Shown here in pieces: positions 27,282 through 36,112 of a stretch of 64,000 bases of DNA (its first letter is position 1; each line of letters opens with the position of its first letter). A model generated the notes under the pieces. The model saw nothing but the letters and a program-made list of their open reading frames with translations, was not told the DNA's origin and ran no database searches. The position numbers and the translations under genes were made by a program. This DNA comes from Flavobacteriaceae bacterium (lineage in GTDB: Bacteria; Bacteroidota; Bacteroidia; Flavobacteriales; Flavobacteriaceae), in contig JAIUMH010000001.1 of the NCBI GenBank assembly GCA_022565635.1, forward strand, positions 2,428 to 66,427. Reading direction: 5' to 3'.

Positions 27282-27325
27282 AAATTTATTTAAATTAAGT
27301 CTAAATAAATTTGTTTAAATTAAGT
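27282..27325 (+). promoter_or_regulatory. Tandem 19-bp direct repeat overlapping the -33 region of the TonB-dependent receptor promoter
   Basis: aaatttatttaaattaagt (27282-27300) and aaatttgtttaaattaagt (27307-27325) match at 18/19 positions with a 25-bp period. The second copy supplies TTTG 20 nt upstream of the -7 box. Confidence 0.4.
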
Positions 27326-27333
27326 GTAGCCAA

Positions 27334-27341
27334 TATATTTG
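27334..27341 (+). promoter_or_regulatory. -7 box for the 756-aa TonB-dependent receptor
   Basis: TATATTTG lies 40 nt upstream of the ATG at 27382. Confidence 0.45.
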
Positions 27342-27381
27342 CGCCAATTTTTAATAAATCTAAATAATAATAGATACAAAC

Positions 27382-29652
27382 ATGAAAAAAGTAATTTGTT
27401 TTGGTTTCATTCTGGTTGCTATTCTTCAACTTAACGCTCAGGATCAGGACTCTCCCAACAACCAAAGTGGAGATGAGTTTTTAAATCAGTGGGCTAATGA
27501 TAGTATTGAAAACTTAGAAGACATTATCATTTCAGCCAGCAAAATGTTAGGAAGTAAATTTGAAGCTAGAAATAGAACAGGTTCAGCTTATTATATTTCT
27601 CCTGAAGATTTAAAAAAACACAATTATTTTAATATTGATCGAGTTTTAGGTGAAGTGCCTGGGGTCAATCTTTATGAAGAGGATGGTTTTGGTTTGCGAC
27701 CTAATATTAGTATTCGTGGTACCAATCCAGAGCGTTCAAGAAACATTACTTTAATGGAAGATGGGGTTTTAATTGCTCCAGCTCCTTATGCCGCTCCCCC
27801 AGCCTATTATTTTCCAAATGTAGCTAGAATGCAAGCCGTTGAAATCTTAAAAGGAAGTAGTCAAGTGCAGTATGGCTCATTTACTACGGGGGGTGCAATT
27901 AATTTTGTTTCTACCGAAATTCCTGACGAATTTAAAGCAGAAATAGGGGCTACTTATGGTTCTTTCGGAACAGCTAATTCTATTGCTCGGTTTGGCGATT
28001 CTAGTGAACAATTTGGTTATGTAATTGAATATTTAAACAACCGTTCTACGGGTTTCAAGGAACTTGACGGTCCAGGTGGTACAGGTTTTAATCGGGATGA
28101 TATTATGGCTAAATTCAGGGTCAATTCAAAAGCCGATGCTAGATTTCAACAATCGCTACAACTCAAGTTTCAGTATGCTCGAGAAAACTCTGATGAAACT
28201 TACTTAGGACTTACACGAGAAGATTTTAACAGCAACCCATTTAGAAGGTATGCCGCTTCTCAAGAAGATAAAATGATTACTGAAAATAGACACATCACAT
28301 TAACCCATAATTTTCAGTTCAACGAAAATACACAAATCACAACTACTGCTTACAATACAGAATTTTCTAGAAACTGGTTTAAGTTAGATCGAGTAACAAA
28401 TATTGATGGTAATGATATCAGTATATCACAAATTTTAGAAACTCCCAATTTGTTCCCTGAAATGATGTCATGGATAAATGGAAGTGCTGATTCACCCGAT
28501 GATGCCTTGAGAAACAAAAACAACAATCGCGTATATTATTCCAGAGGTATTCAAACTAAATTCGATCATCATTTTTACACCGGAGATATTTTTCACGATA
28601 TTGAAGTAGGTTTCAGGTATCACCGTGATGAAGCTGATCGATTTCAATGGTATGAAAATTACCGAATGTTAGACGGAAGAATGAGTTTAACTTCTGCAGA
28701 AGCACCGGGTAGTGAAAGCAATAGAATTGATGAAGCCGAAGCTATTTCTGCCCACTTTTTATACAAACTAAAAATAAACGACTTAACAATTACTCCCGGA
28801 ATGCGCTATGAGAACGTAACCATGGGAAGAAGAAACTGGGGAACAAGTGACCTTGACCGTACTGGAGTTGATTTATCTTCAAGAGAAAATAGTGTTGCTC
28901 AATTTATTCCAGGCATAGGAGCAAATTATAAGGTAACTAATCAGTTTTCTTTTTTTGGTGGAGCACATAAAGGCTTTGGTCCTCCAGGCTCTGAAGAAGG
29001 ACAAGACCCAGAGGAAAGCATCAACCTTGAATTAGGAACACGTTTTGATTTTCTTGGTTTTCAAGGTGAACTCATTGGATTTTACAATGATTATACCACC
29101 ATGCTAGGAAGCAACGCCGCTGCGGGTGGAGGCCCTGGCGCAGATGACCTAGACGTGTTTAATGCTGGTGCAGCTTTAATAAAGGGTATTGAATTTCAAA
29201 TAGCTTATGATGTATTAGAAAGCAATAGTAAATTATCTATGCCTATTCATTTTAGTTATACGTACACAGACGCACGTTTCAATACTGATTTTGAAGCACC
29301 AAGAAGTATTTGGGGGAATGTACAGAGTGGTGATTTTATGCCTTATATTGCAAAACACCAATGGAATACAGGAATAAGTTTGTATGCCGGCAAATTCAGT
29401 GCACATGCCAACGCAAGGTTTAGAGATGAGTTGAGAACCTTACCCGGTCAAGGTAGCATACCTGCTAATGAAAGTATAGAAAGCATGTTTTTGATGGATG
29501 CCTCTGCTCAATATCAACTTACACCCAAATTAGCCATCTCCTTAAACGCAATAAACTTACTCAACAATGAATATCCAGTAGCCACTGTCCCTGCAGGCTT
29601 AAGACCAGGACATCCATTTGGAATTTATGCTGGTTTTAGACTTACCTTATAA
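27382..29652 (+). CDS. TonB-dependent receptor (siderophore/metal-chelate type)
   Basis: It has a signal peptide ending LNAQ and a plug region (GLRPNISIRGTNPERSRNITLMEDGV). A 22-strand-type barrel pattern follows. Confidence 0.88.
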   Translation: MKKVICFGFILVAILQLNAQDQDSPNNQSGDEFLNQWANDSIENLEDIIISASKMLGSKFEARNRTGSAYYISPEDLKKHNYFNIDRVLGEVPGVNLYEEDGFGLRPNISIRGTNPERSRNITLMEDGVLIAPAPYAAPPAYYFPNVARMQAVEILKGSSQVQYGSFTTGGAINFVSTEIPDEFKAEIGATYGSFGTANSIARFGDSSEQFGYVIEYLNNRSTGFKELDGPGGTGFNRDDIMAKFRVNSKADARFQQSLQLKFQYARENSDETYLGLTREDFNSNPFRRYAASQEDKMITENRHITLTHNFQFNENTQITTTAYNTEFSRNWFKLDRVTNIDGNDISISQILETPNLFPEMMSWINGSADSPDDALRNKNNNRVYYSRGIQTKFDHHFYTGDIFHDIEVGFRYHRDEADRFQWYENYRMLDGRMSLTSAEAPGSESNRIDEAEAISAHFLYKLKINDLTITPGMRYENVTMGRRNWGTSDLDRTGVDLSSRENSVAQFIPGIGANYKVTNQFSFFGGAHKGFGPPGSEEGQDPEESINLELGTRFDFLGFQGELIGFYNDYTTMLGSNAAAGGGPGADDLDVFNAGAALIKGIEFQIAYDVLESNSKLSMPIHFSYTYTDARFNTDFEAPRSIWGNVQSGDFMPYIAKHQWNTGISLYAGKFSAHANARFRDELRTLPGQGSIPANESIESMFLMDASAQYQLTPKLAISLNAINLLNNEYPVATVPAGLRPGHPFGIYAGFRLTL

Positions 29653-29676
29653 TCGTAGTAAAAACTCTATTGTCAA

Positions 29677-29706
29677 AGCCCTGAATTTATGTTCAGGGCT
29701 TTTTTT
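29677..29706 (+). terminator. Rho-independent terminator after the TonB-dependent receptor
   Basis: The sequence is agccctgaa-tttatg-ttcagggct followed by tttttt. Confidence 0.85.
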
Positions 29707-29863
29707 AAACCTTGACTTAGAATCTTTATGTTTTGAATACCAATTTAACCATCAAATGACGCTATTTAGCTCTATTAACGACACTTAATAGTCAAATTGG
29801 TATACGGTTATAAAAACCAAACAAATTCTTTTGATGATTTAAAATGAATACATCAAAAAAAAG

Positions 29864-29871
29864 TAACTTTG
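29864..29871 (+). promoter_or_regulatory. -7 box for the DUF481 gene
   Basis: TAACTTTG overlaps the ORF-track TTG at 29869. The ATG at 29887 is 15 nt downstream. Confidence 0.45.
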
Positions 29872-29886
29872 AATATATTAATATTC

Positions 29887-30906
29887 ATGGTGAAAAATAA
29901 ATTCAGTTTTCTTTTTATCTTAATTTTTGTTCACTTAAGCTTTTCTCAAGTTGATACTATTGTGGTGAAAACAGGAGAGCATCTATATGGTGAATTAAAG
30001 CAAGTAAATTCTGGTGTACTCATCTTGAAAACATCGTATAGTGATAGCGATTTAAAAATTGATTTTAATGAAGTAGCTACCCTTCACGTTAATAAAAAAT
30101 GTTTTGTAATACTTTCTAAAGGCCGAAGAAAAACCGGTTTTATTAAAACTAAAAACAATTTTCAAATCTACATTATTGAAGCTGAAGACGGAAAAAAAGA
30201 AATATTCAACACACAGGATATTATTCGAATTGAAGTAATGGAAGAACGATTGTGGAAACGTTTTAGTGGTAATTTTGATATCGGCTATAACTTAACAAAA
30301 GCCAATAATGCCGCACAGTTTACGTTTTCGGGAGGGCTTTACTACAAGGGACCCGATTGGATTTTTAATAGCGACTTTAACAGCTTTCGTTCCCGCCAAG
30401 ACAATATAGCTCGTATTGAGCGTACCAATGCCCATGCCGAATTAAAGCGACTTTTTTTGGCTAAATGGTATTTATTAGGATCTTTAGGCTATTTATCTAA
30501 CACGCAGCAAGCCTTAAATAGTCGTTACAATTCTCGCTTAGGAATGGGACGCTACTTGGTGAGTAATAATAAACTATTATTTGGGCTATCATTAGGAGCG
30601 AATTACAATAATGAAGATTTTATAGATGCTACACGCTCACGAGAATCAGCTGAACTCTTTCTTAGTGCAAACCTTAATCTTTTTAATTTTAAGAATATTG
30701 AATTGATTTCTAGGATAGACTTTTATCCAAGTCTTACTGAAAATGGCCGCCAACGAACCGATTTTATTTTTGATACCAAGTATAAACTACCTTTAGATTT
30801 TTACATCAAAGCTGGGCTTCAGTTTAACTACGATAACCAATCGGCTATAATGGGGAGTAATTTTGATTATATTTTTACAACCGGTTTTGGGTGGAAGTTT
30901 AACTAA
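29887..30906 (+). CDS. DUF481 domain outer-membrane protein
   Basis: The signal peptide ends in SFSQ. The N-terminal VVKTGEHLYGELKQV module is followed by beta-barrel-like repeats, matching my recollection of DUF481 (YdiY-like) proteins. Confidence 0.7.
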   Translation: MVKNKFSFLFILIFVHLSFSQVDTIVVKTGEHLYGELKQVNSGVLILKTSYSDSDLKIDFNEVATLHVNKKCFVILSKGRRKTGFIKTKNNFQIYIIEAEDGKKEIFNTQDIIRIEVMEERLWKRFSGNFDIGYNLTKANNAAQFTFSGGLYYKGPDWIFNSDFNSFRSRQDNIARIERTNAHAELKRLFLAKWYLLGSLGYLSNTQQALNSRYNSRLGMGRYLVSNNKLLFGLSLGANYNNEDFIDATRSRESAELFLSANLNLFNFKNIELISRIDFYPSLTENGRQRTDFIFDTKYKLPLDFYIKAGLQFNYDNQSAIMGSNFDYIFTTGFGWKFN

Positions 30907-31132
30907 GAGCACTACTCTTTTAAATGAAAAGGAGATATTAGGATGTCAAATTGTAGTTTTCATGTTTTTGAACGATGAATTTTAGGTCTCTAGAAACGGA
31001 ATTTATTCCGTTTACTCCCGAAAAAAACAGATAGGCTTTAGCCAAATTGCATCATAATGTTAAATTATTTTTTTACTATACATACATTGAGGTAAAGGCT
31101 AAGCGATTATAAAAACGCATAATCCTATAAGC

Positions 31133-31165
31133 AAAAAAACCTGTGAAATCTTATAATTTCACAGG
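31133..31165 (-). terminator. Rho-independent terminator ending the RND efflux operon
   Basis: On the plus strand, aaaaaaa precedes cctgtgaaat-cttata-atttcacagg. On the minus strand this reads as a 10-bp hairpin followed by a U-run, 26 nt after the stop. Confidence 0.85.
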
Positions 31166-31190
31166 CTTTCTATTAAGTTAAAATGCTTAT

Positions 31191-34100
31191 TTACCCATTT
31201 TTAGCATATTTCTTCTTCATGACTACGTAATATACTAGCGGAACTACGAGTAGGGTCAAGAAGGTGGAAACAATGGTTCCGCCCATGAGCGAAAGTGCTA
31301 ATCCTTGAAAAATAGGATCAAACAAAATGGCTACGGCACCAATGACCACAGTTCCTGCGGTTAATAAAATAGGCGTGGTTCGTACGGCTCCGGCTTCAAC
31401 AATGGCTTGCTTGAAGGGGATGCCATCGTTCAATCGAATTTCGATAAAGTCGATGAGCAAGACCGAATTTCGTACCATAATTCCCGCCAAAGCAATCATT
31501 CCAATAAAGGAGGTGGCGGTGAAAAATGCACCGAAAATCCAATGTGCGAGAATGATCCCCACCAAGGAAAGCGGAATGGCAATCATCATCACGATAGGCG
31601 AACGGAAACTCTGGAACCAACCTACAATCAGCATATAAATGATGAAAATAACACCGATAAAGGCGATACCCAAGTCGCGGAAAACTTCTAGGGTAATTTG
31701 CCATTCGCCATCCCATTTTACGGAGTAATCGTCGGTGTCCACCGGAATTTCGGTATAGAGTTCTTCAATGGAATAACCTTCGGGCAGGTGCATGTCTTTA
31801 AGGTACTGCTCCATGCCTAAAATAGCATATACGGGGCTTTCTAAATCGCCTGCCATTTCAGCGGTTACGTAAACTACACGACGTTTATTTTTTCTGAAAA
31901 TACTCTTTTCGATAGGTCGCTCGGTGACGCTTACAAGGTCTCCAATTTCCACGGGATGGCCATGTTGTGAAATCACTTTTAGCTTGAGCAATTCCTCTAT
32001 ATCTGCTTTATCTTCATTGGCGGTTTTATAGACAATCCCCACGTTTTGGTTGGAATTTTCTCGGTAGGCTTGGGCTATAGCGTGTTCGCCTAAACTCAAT
32101 TGCATGGCATTGACCAATTGTGCGGGAGCAATGCCTTCTAAGCTGGTGCGTTCGCGGTCAATTTCGAAGTGAAGCTCTTTTTGCTCGGCTTCTACACGCC
32201 AATCAATATCTACAACGTCTTGGGTTTCGCTGAGGATGTCTTTGATGTTTTGAGCGATTTTGATTTGCTCGTCGTAATCTGGTCCATACACTTCTGCCAC
32301 AATAGTAGAAAGTACCGGCGGACCAGGTGGAACTTCTACAATTTTGATGTTGGCTCCATACACATCGCCAATTTTTTGCACCTCTTCTCTAAAGGATTTG
32401 GCAATGTCGTGGCTTTGCTCGCTTCGGTCGTCTTTGTTGGTGATATTCACCTGAATATCCGCCATTCGCGATTCGTTACGCATGTCGTAATGACGCACCA
32501 ATCCGTTGAAGGTAATAGGCGATGCAGTACCCACATAGGTTTGGTAATTGATGACTTCCGGTCGATTTTTAACGTATTCGGCAATTTCTTGGGTAACGGC
32601 GTTGGTGCGTTCTAAGGTGGTTCCTTCGGGTAAATCGATTACAATTTGAAATTCGTTTTTGTTGTCAAAAGGCAACATCTTCACCAATACCGATTGGTTT
32701 AAAAACAAGACCATAGACCCAAGCAACAGAAGCGTGATACCACCGATAAATCCCCAACGTTTTACTCGGCTTTCCAACAACGGACGCTGAATTTTATTGT
32801 AAATTTTGTAGATACGGGTTTGCATCAAGTCTTTGTCTTCTTCGTTGTTGGAAGCATCTTCTATATCGTCAAAATCATCGTCTTCTTCTTCGCCTTCAAC
32901 AGGTTGTTTTCCGTCTTTTTTCAAGAAATGATAAGCTAAATAAGGAACGATGGTCAAAGCAATAAACAGAGACAAAATCATAGTAATGGACGCGCCAATA
33001 GGCATCGGACTCATATACGGCCCCATCATTCCGCTGACAAACGCCATGGGCAACACCGAAGCAATCACAATAAAGGCCGCTAAAATGGTAGGGTTTCCTA
33101 CTTCATTAATAGCATAAATGGCCGCTTTGCGCAAAGACATTTTTTTCTTTTTGAAATGCCGGTGCATGTTTTCGGTAATAATAATCGAATCATCTACCAC
33201 AATTCCCGTGATGAAAATCAAGGCGAAAAGCGTGATTCGGTTTAAGGTATAATCAAATAAATAATAGCTTAGCATGGTTAAAGCGAAGGTAATCGGCACC
33301 GAAATAAACACCACCAATCCGCCACGCCATCCCATGGAAAGCATCACTACTAAGGTTACTGCAAGAATCGCACTGAGTAAGTTGAAGAGTAAATCTGAAA
33401 CTTTTTCCGAAGCGGTTTCTCCGTAATTTCTGGTGATTTCCATTTTTACATCATCGGGTAAAATATGCTTTTCCCAACGTGCTTGTTGTGCGACAACCGC
33501 ATCGGCCACTTGCATGGCATCGGCGCCTTTTCGCTTAGCTACCGAAATGGTAACGGCAGGATAAGAAGAAGGCATTTGTGCTTTCATGTCTGTACCCATT
33601 CCGTAGCCGAAAGTCACATAGTTTTTAGGCGTTTCTGGCCCTTCAGAAATGTTGGCGATTTGGTGTAAATACACCGGTTGTTGCTGAAACGTACCAACAA
33701 TAATTTGCTTTAAATCTTCCGGATGCGAAATAAAATTTCCTGTGGTAATCCGAATTTCTTCATCGTTTTTTTGAATGCTTCCGCTAGATGATTTCTGGTG
33801 ATTGGCTTGAATCATTTCAGTCACCTGAAGAATATCCAAACCATAATTCGCCATTTGTTGATGATTCAACAAAATCTGCAATTCCTTGCTTCGTCCACCA
33901 ATGTTTTTGGTGGTGGAAACGTTTTCAACTTTTTCAATCTCAACAATCAGCTCGTTAGCGATTTGATGCAACTGATAATCGTCGTAGGTTTCGCTAAACA
34001 AGGTAATTCCCAAAACGGGAACATCGTCAATGGAACGGGTTTTAATCAAAGGTTGGGTTACGCCTTTTGGCATTTGGTCCATGTGGCGTCTGATTTCGTT

Positions 34101-34442
34101 GTGCAATTTCACATACGAACGCTCAATATCTTCCCCTACATGAAACTGAACAATCACCATTCCTTGTTCTTTCATGGAGGTAGAATACACATATTCAACC
34201 CCATCAATATTAGAAATGATGCGTTCCAAAGGAAGCATAACGCGGTTTTCTACCTCTTTCGGACTCGCACCGGGGTAGCCCACAAAAATATCGGCCATAG
34301 GCACATCTATTTGTGGTTCTTCTTCTCTAGGAATTAATAAAGTTGCGTAAATCCCCACTCCCAAAAACACCACCATTAATAGAATAGTGATTTTTGACGT
34401 TAAAAACGCATTGGCTAATTTTCCTGCTATACCGTTTTTCAT
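31191..34442 (-). CDS. RND efflux transporter permease (AcrB/CzcA superfamily)
   Basis: 1083 aa with 12-TM RND architecture and two large periplasmic loops. It shows typical blocks (ALIFITGIVVDDSIIITENMHRH; GMIALAGIMVRNSVLLIDF). An acidic insert lies in the central cytoplasmic linker. Confidence 0.95.
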   Translation of the reverse strand: MKNGIAGKLANAFLTSKITILLMVVFLGVGIYATLLIPREEEPQIDVPMADIFVGYPGASPKEVENRVMLPLERIISNIDGVEYVYSTSMKEQGMVIVQFHVGEDIERSYVKLHNEIRRHMDQMPKGVTQPLIKTRSIDDVPVLGITLFSETYDDYQLHQIANELIVEIEKVENVSTTKNIGGRSKELQILLNHQQMANYGLDILQVTEMIQANHQKSSSGSIQKNDEEIRITTGNFISHPEDLKQIIVGTFQQQPVYLHQIANISEGPETPKNYVTFGYGMGTDMKAQMPSSYPAVTISVAKRKGADAMQVADAVVAQQARWEKHILPDDVKMEITRNYGETASEKVSDLLFNLLSAILAVTLVVMLSMGWRGGLVVFISVPITFALTMLSYYLFDYTLNRITLFALIFITGIVVDDSIIITENMHRHFKKKKMSLRKAAIYAINEVGNPTILAAFIVIASVLPMAFVSGMMGPYMSPMPIGASITMILSLFIALTIVPYLAYHFLKKDGKQPVEGEEEDDDFDDIEDASNNEEDKDLMQTRIYKIYNKIQRPLLESRVKRWGFIGGITLLLLGSMVLFLNQSVLVKMLPFDNKNEFQIVIDLPEGTTLERTNAVTQEIAEYVKNRPEVINYQTYVGTASPITFNGLVRHYDMRNESRMADIQVNITNKDDRSEQSHDIAKSFREEVQKIGDVYGANIKIVEVPPGPPVLSTIVAEVYGPDYDEQIKIAQNIKDILSETQDVVDIDWRVEAEQKELHFEIDRERTSLEGIAPAQLVNAMQLSLGEHAIAQAYRENSNQNVGIVYKTANEDKADIEELLKLKVISQHGHPVEIGDLVSVTERPIEKSIFRKNKRRVVYVTAEMAGDLESPVYAILGMEQYLKDMHLPEGYSIEELYTEIPVDTDDYSVKWDGEWQITLEVFRDLGIAFIGVIFIIYMLIVGWFQSFRSPIVMMIAIPLSLVGIILAHWIFGAFFTATSFIGMIALAGIMVRNSVLLIDFIEIRLNDGIPFKQAIVEAGAVRTTPILLTAGTVVIGAVAILFDPIFQGLALSLMGGTIVSTFLTLLVVPLVYYVVMKKKYAKNG

Positions 34443-34508
34443 GTTATTTTGTATTTAGTACTGAGTACAAAGTATTAAGTATTAAGTATTTTTTTGTTCT
34501 TAAATTCT

Positions 34509-34536
34509 GTCATCCTGCATCAGGCAGGCTCGAGTG
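34509..34536. repeat. Variant repeat box gtca[hairpin]ctcgagtg
   Basis: gtca-tcctgcatcaggcagg-ctcgagtg carries an internal cctgc/gcagg hairpin at 34514-34528. It is the same box as gtcagctcgagtg but interrupted. Confidence 0.6.
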
Positions 34537-34552
34537 TTCGTTATGGCGAATG

Positions 34553-34642
34553 TATCGAGAGCTGGTTTTCAAATGGGTTCTCGATACAATTTTTTGTTCC
34601 ACTTGCTTCGCTTCGTTGCTCAAAAAACCACTCGAACTGACA
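34553..34642. repeat. 90-bp palindromic intergenic repeat unit, copy A
   Basis: It begins with the hairpin tatcgagagc-N14-gttctcgata and ends with the box cactcgaactgac. It matches copy B at 87/90 positions, offset by 249 bp. Confidence 0.9.
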
Positions 34643-34643
34643 A

Positions 34644-34669
34644 GGTTCTCGATTTTGTCAGCTCGAGTG
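34644..34669. repeat. 26-bp exact direct repeat, copy 1
   Basis: ggttctcgattttgtcagctcgagtg is identical to 34737-34762. Confidence 0.9.
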
Positions 34670-34717
34670 GCCCGCTAAACCAATTTTAATAGTTTCCAAC
34701 ATTCATCTTGCGGGACG

Positions 34718-34762
34718 TATCGAGAGCTTTTGCATGGGTTCTCGATTTTGTCAGCTCGAGTG
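34718..34762. repeat. Shorter variant of the repeat unit (hairpin plus box), including 26-bp exact repeat copy 2
   Basis: The sequence is tatcgagagc-ttttgcatgg-gttctcgat followed by tttt-gtcagctcgagtg. Confidence 0.85.
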
Positions 34763-34799
34763 AATTTTTAGTGCTTCAGGTAAAGAAGCATTGAAAATT
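34763..34799. repeat. Imperfect 15-bp-arm hairpin inside the repeat array
   Basis: The sequence is aatttttagtgcttc-aggtaaa-gaagcattgaaaatt, with 13/15 complementary positions. Confidence 0.6.
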
Positions 34800-34801
34800 T
34801 T

Positions 34802-34891
34802 TATCGAGAGCTCGTTTTCAAATGGGTTCTCGATACAATTTTTTGATCCACTTGCTTCGCTTCGTTGCTCAAAAAATCACTCGAACTGACA
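34802..34891. repeat. 90-bp palindromic intergenic repeat unit, copy B
   Basis: It has the same architecture as copy A, with 3 substitutions (positions 34813, 34846 and 34877). Confidence 0.9.
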
Positions 34892-34905
34892 TTATTTTCT
34901 CTCAC

Positions 34906-35976
34906 CTAAAACGAAACCTTAATCCCGTTATACAACTTCGAGGTTGCGGAGGTGATGATGTGCTCATCGGCGTTTAATCCGCTGAGGATTTCCACTTGCT
35001 CTCCGTTGCTTTCTCCTACGCGTACCCAACGCAATAAGGCTGTTTCTTGCTGACTAACCACATACAAACCCTTCAATTCGCCTCGTCTAATGATGGCCGA
35101 TTGAGGTACAAAAATTCCTTTTGAGGCTTGGTCGGTGGTTAATTTTAAACTCGCATTCATTCCTGAAAACAAAGCTTGATGTTCTGCTGAAAGAATATTA
35201 GCTTTCACTCGGTATTGTCCGCCGGTGGTGGTGGAAGATGAACTGACTTCCGAAACCACCGCCTTTAGTTCTTCTGAAGCATTAGCTAACTGAACGACAG
35301 CCGTATCTCCTTGCTGAAAGTTTTGAATATCGCGTTCAGAAACTGAAACTTGCATTTCAAAAACACCGCTTCCTTCCAATTGAAGCATGGCTTGTTGCGG
35401 ATTAGCTAAATCGCCTTTTTGTACATTTTTGGCGGTGATTACCCCATCAAACGGCGCTTTAATTTGAAAGTATTTCAACTCTGAATTGACTTCTTGCAAA
35501 TGTTGAAGTGTGGCTTGTTGTTGTGCTTGTGCAGAAGCCAACTGAAGCTCCATATTTTCCAATTCTTTTTCTGAGATGCTTTGCTTTTCTCTTAAATTTC
35601 GGTAGCGTTGCACATCGCGTTGGGTGTTGCTGAGTTGCGCGTTCACTTGTTGCAATTGAGCTTCAACTTGGGCTTTTTTCGCTTGTAAATCGGCGTTGTT
35701 TAAGCGAATAAGCAATTGCCCTTGCTTGACTTGGTCGCCTGTTTTTACATAGACTTCTTCTACAAAACTCGATCCGCGTGTGCGAATGCTGGTCGATTTA
35801 GCTGAACTGATTTTTCCTTTAAAATGAAGGCTTTTAGGAAGTTCGGTTGCGGGTTTTGCTACTTCAACGGCTATGCCTGCTTCGGTGGAAGCGGTTTCTT
35901 CTTTCTTCTTTCCACAGCTAATGAGTAAGCTTGAAGCGAATAGTAGTATTCCAAAGGTGTATATTATTTTCTTCAT
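34906..35976 (-). CDS. RND efflux periplasmic adaptor (membrane fusion protein, HlyD/AcrA family) lipoprotein
   Basis: It has the lipobox LLISCGKK and a lipoyl/barrel-sandwich motif (VKTGDQVKQGQLLIRL). A long Q-rich coiled-coil hairpin and beta-barrel C-terminal domains follow. Confidence 0.9.
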   Translation of the reverse strand: MKKIIYTFGILLFASSLLISCGKKKEETASTEAGIAVEVAKPATELPKSLHFKGKISSAKSTSIRTRGSSFVEEVYVKTGDQVKQGQLLIRLNNADLQAKKAQVEAQLQQVNAQLSNTQRDVQRYRNLREKQSISEKELENMELQLASAQAQQQATLQHLQEVNSELKYFQIKAPFDGVITAKNVQKGDLANPQQAMLQLEGSGVFEMQVSVSERDIQNFQQGDTAVVQLANASEELKAVVSEVSSSSTTTGGQYRVKANILSAEHQALFSGMNASLKLTTDQASKGIFVPQSAIIRRGELKGLYVVSQQETALLRWVRVGESNGEQVEILSGLNADEHIITSATSKLYNGIKVSF

Positions 35977-36053
35977 TTTGAGTTGTAATTAGTAGTAAGT
36001 ATTAAGAATTGAGTACAAAGTATTTGGTTTTTTGTCTTAACTGTTGTCAAGAT

Positions 36054-36112
36054 CTTTGTGCTCTCTGTGCCTTAGTGGTGAAAAAAACCACAGAGACACA
36101 AAGGACACAAAG
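36054..36112. repeat. Imperfect palindromic element with tandem gacacaaag motifs between the TolC and adaptor genes
   Basis: ctttgtg/cacaaag and tctctgtg/cacagaga arms surround gtggt-gaaaaaa-accac. The right arm contains gacacaaag twice. Confidence 0.7.

Noticed and set aside
31327-34337. Seven ORF-track ORFs (64-179 aa) overlapping the RND permease gene, six on the opposite strand and one in another frame of the same strand
   Set aside because: They lie entirely within a well-supported 1083-aa RND gene and have low-complexity or Arg/His/Cys-rich translations. They are best explained as by-products of the locally higher GC content.
34394-34678. 94-aa plus-strand ORF spanning the permease start and the repeat array
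   Set aside because: It runs antisense to the operon and is composed of translated repeat modules. It has no promoter context.
34443-34905. Possible CRISPR array, because of regularly recurring repeats
   Set aside because: The repeats are about 90 bp and about 26 bp long and are internally palindromic. They are present in only 2-3 copies, occur in both orientations, and are not separated by unique spacers of uniform length. No cas genes are in the window. MITE/REP-like intergenic repeats fit better.
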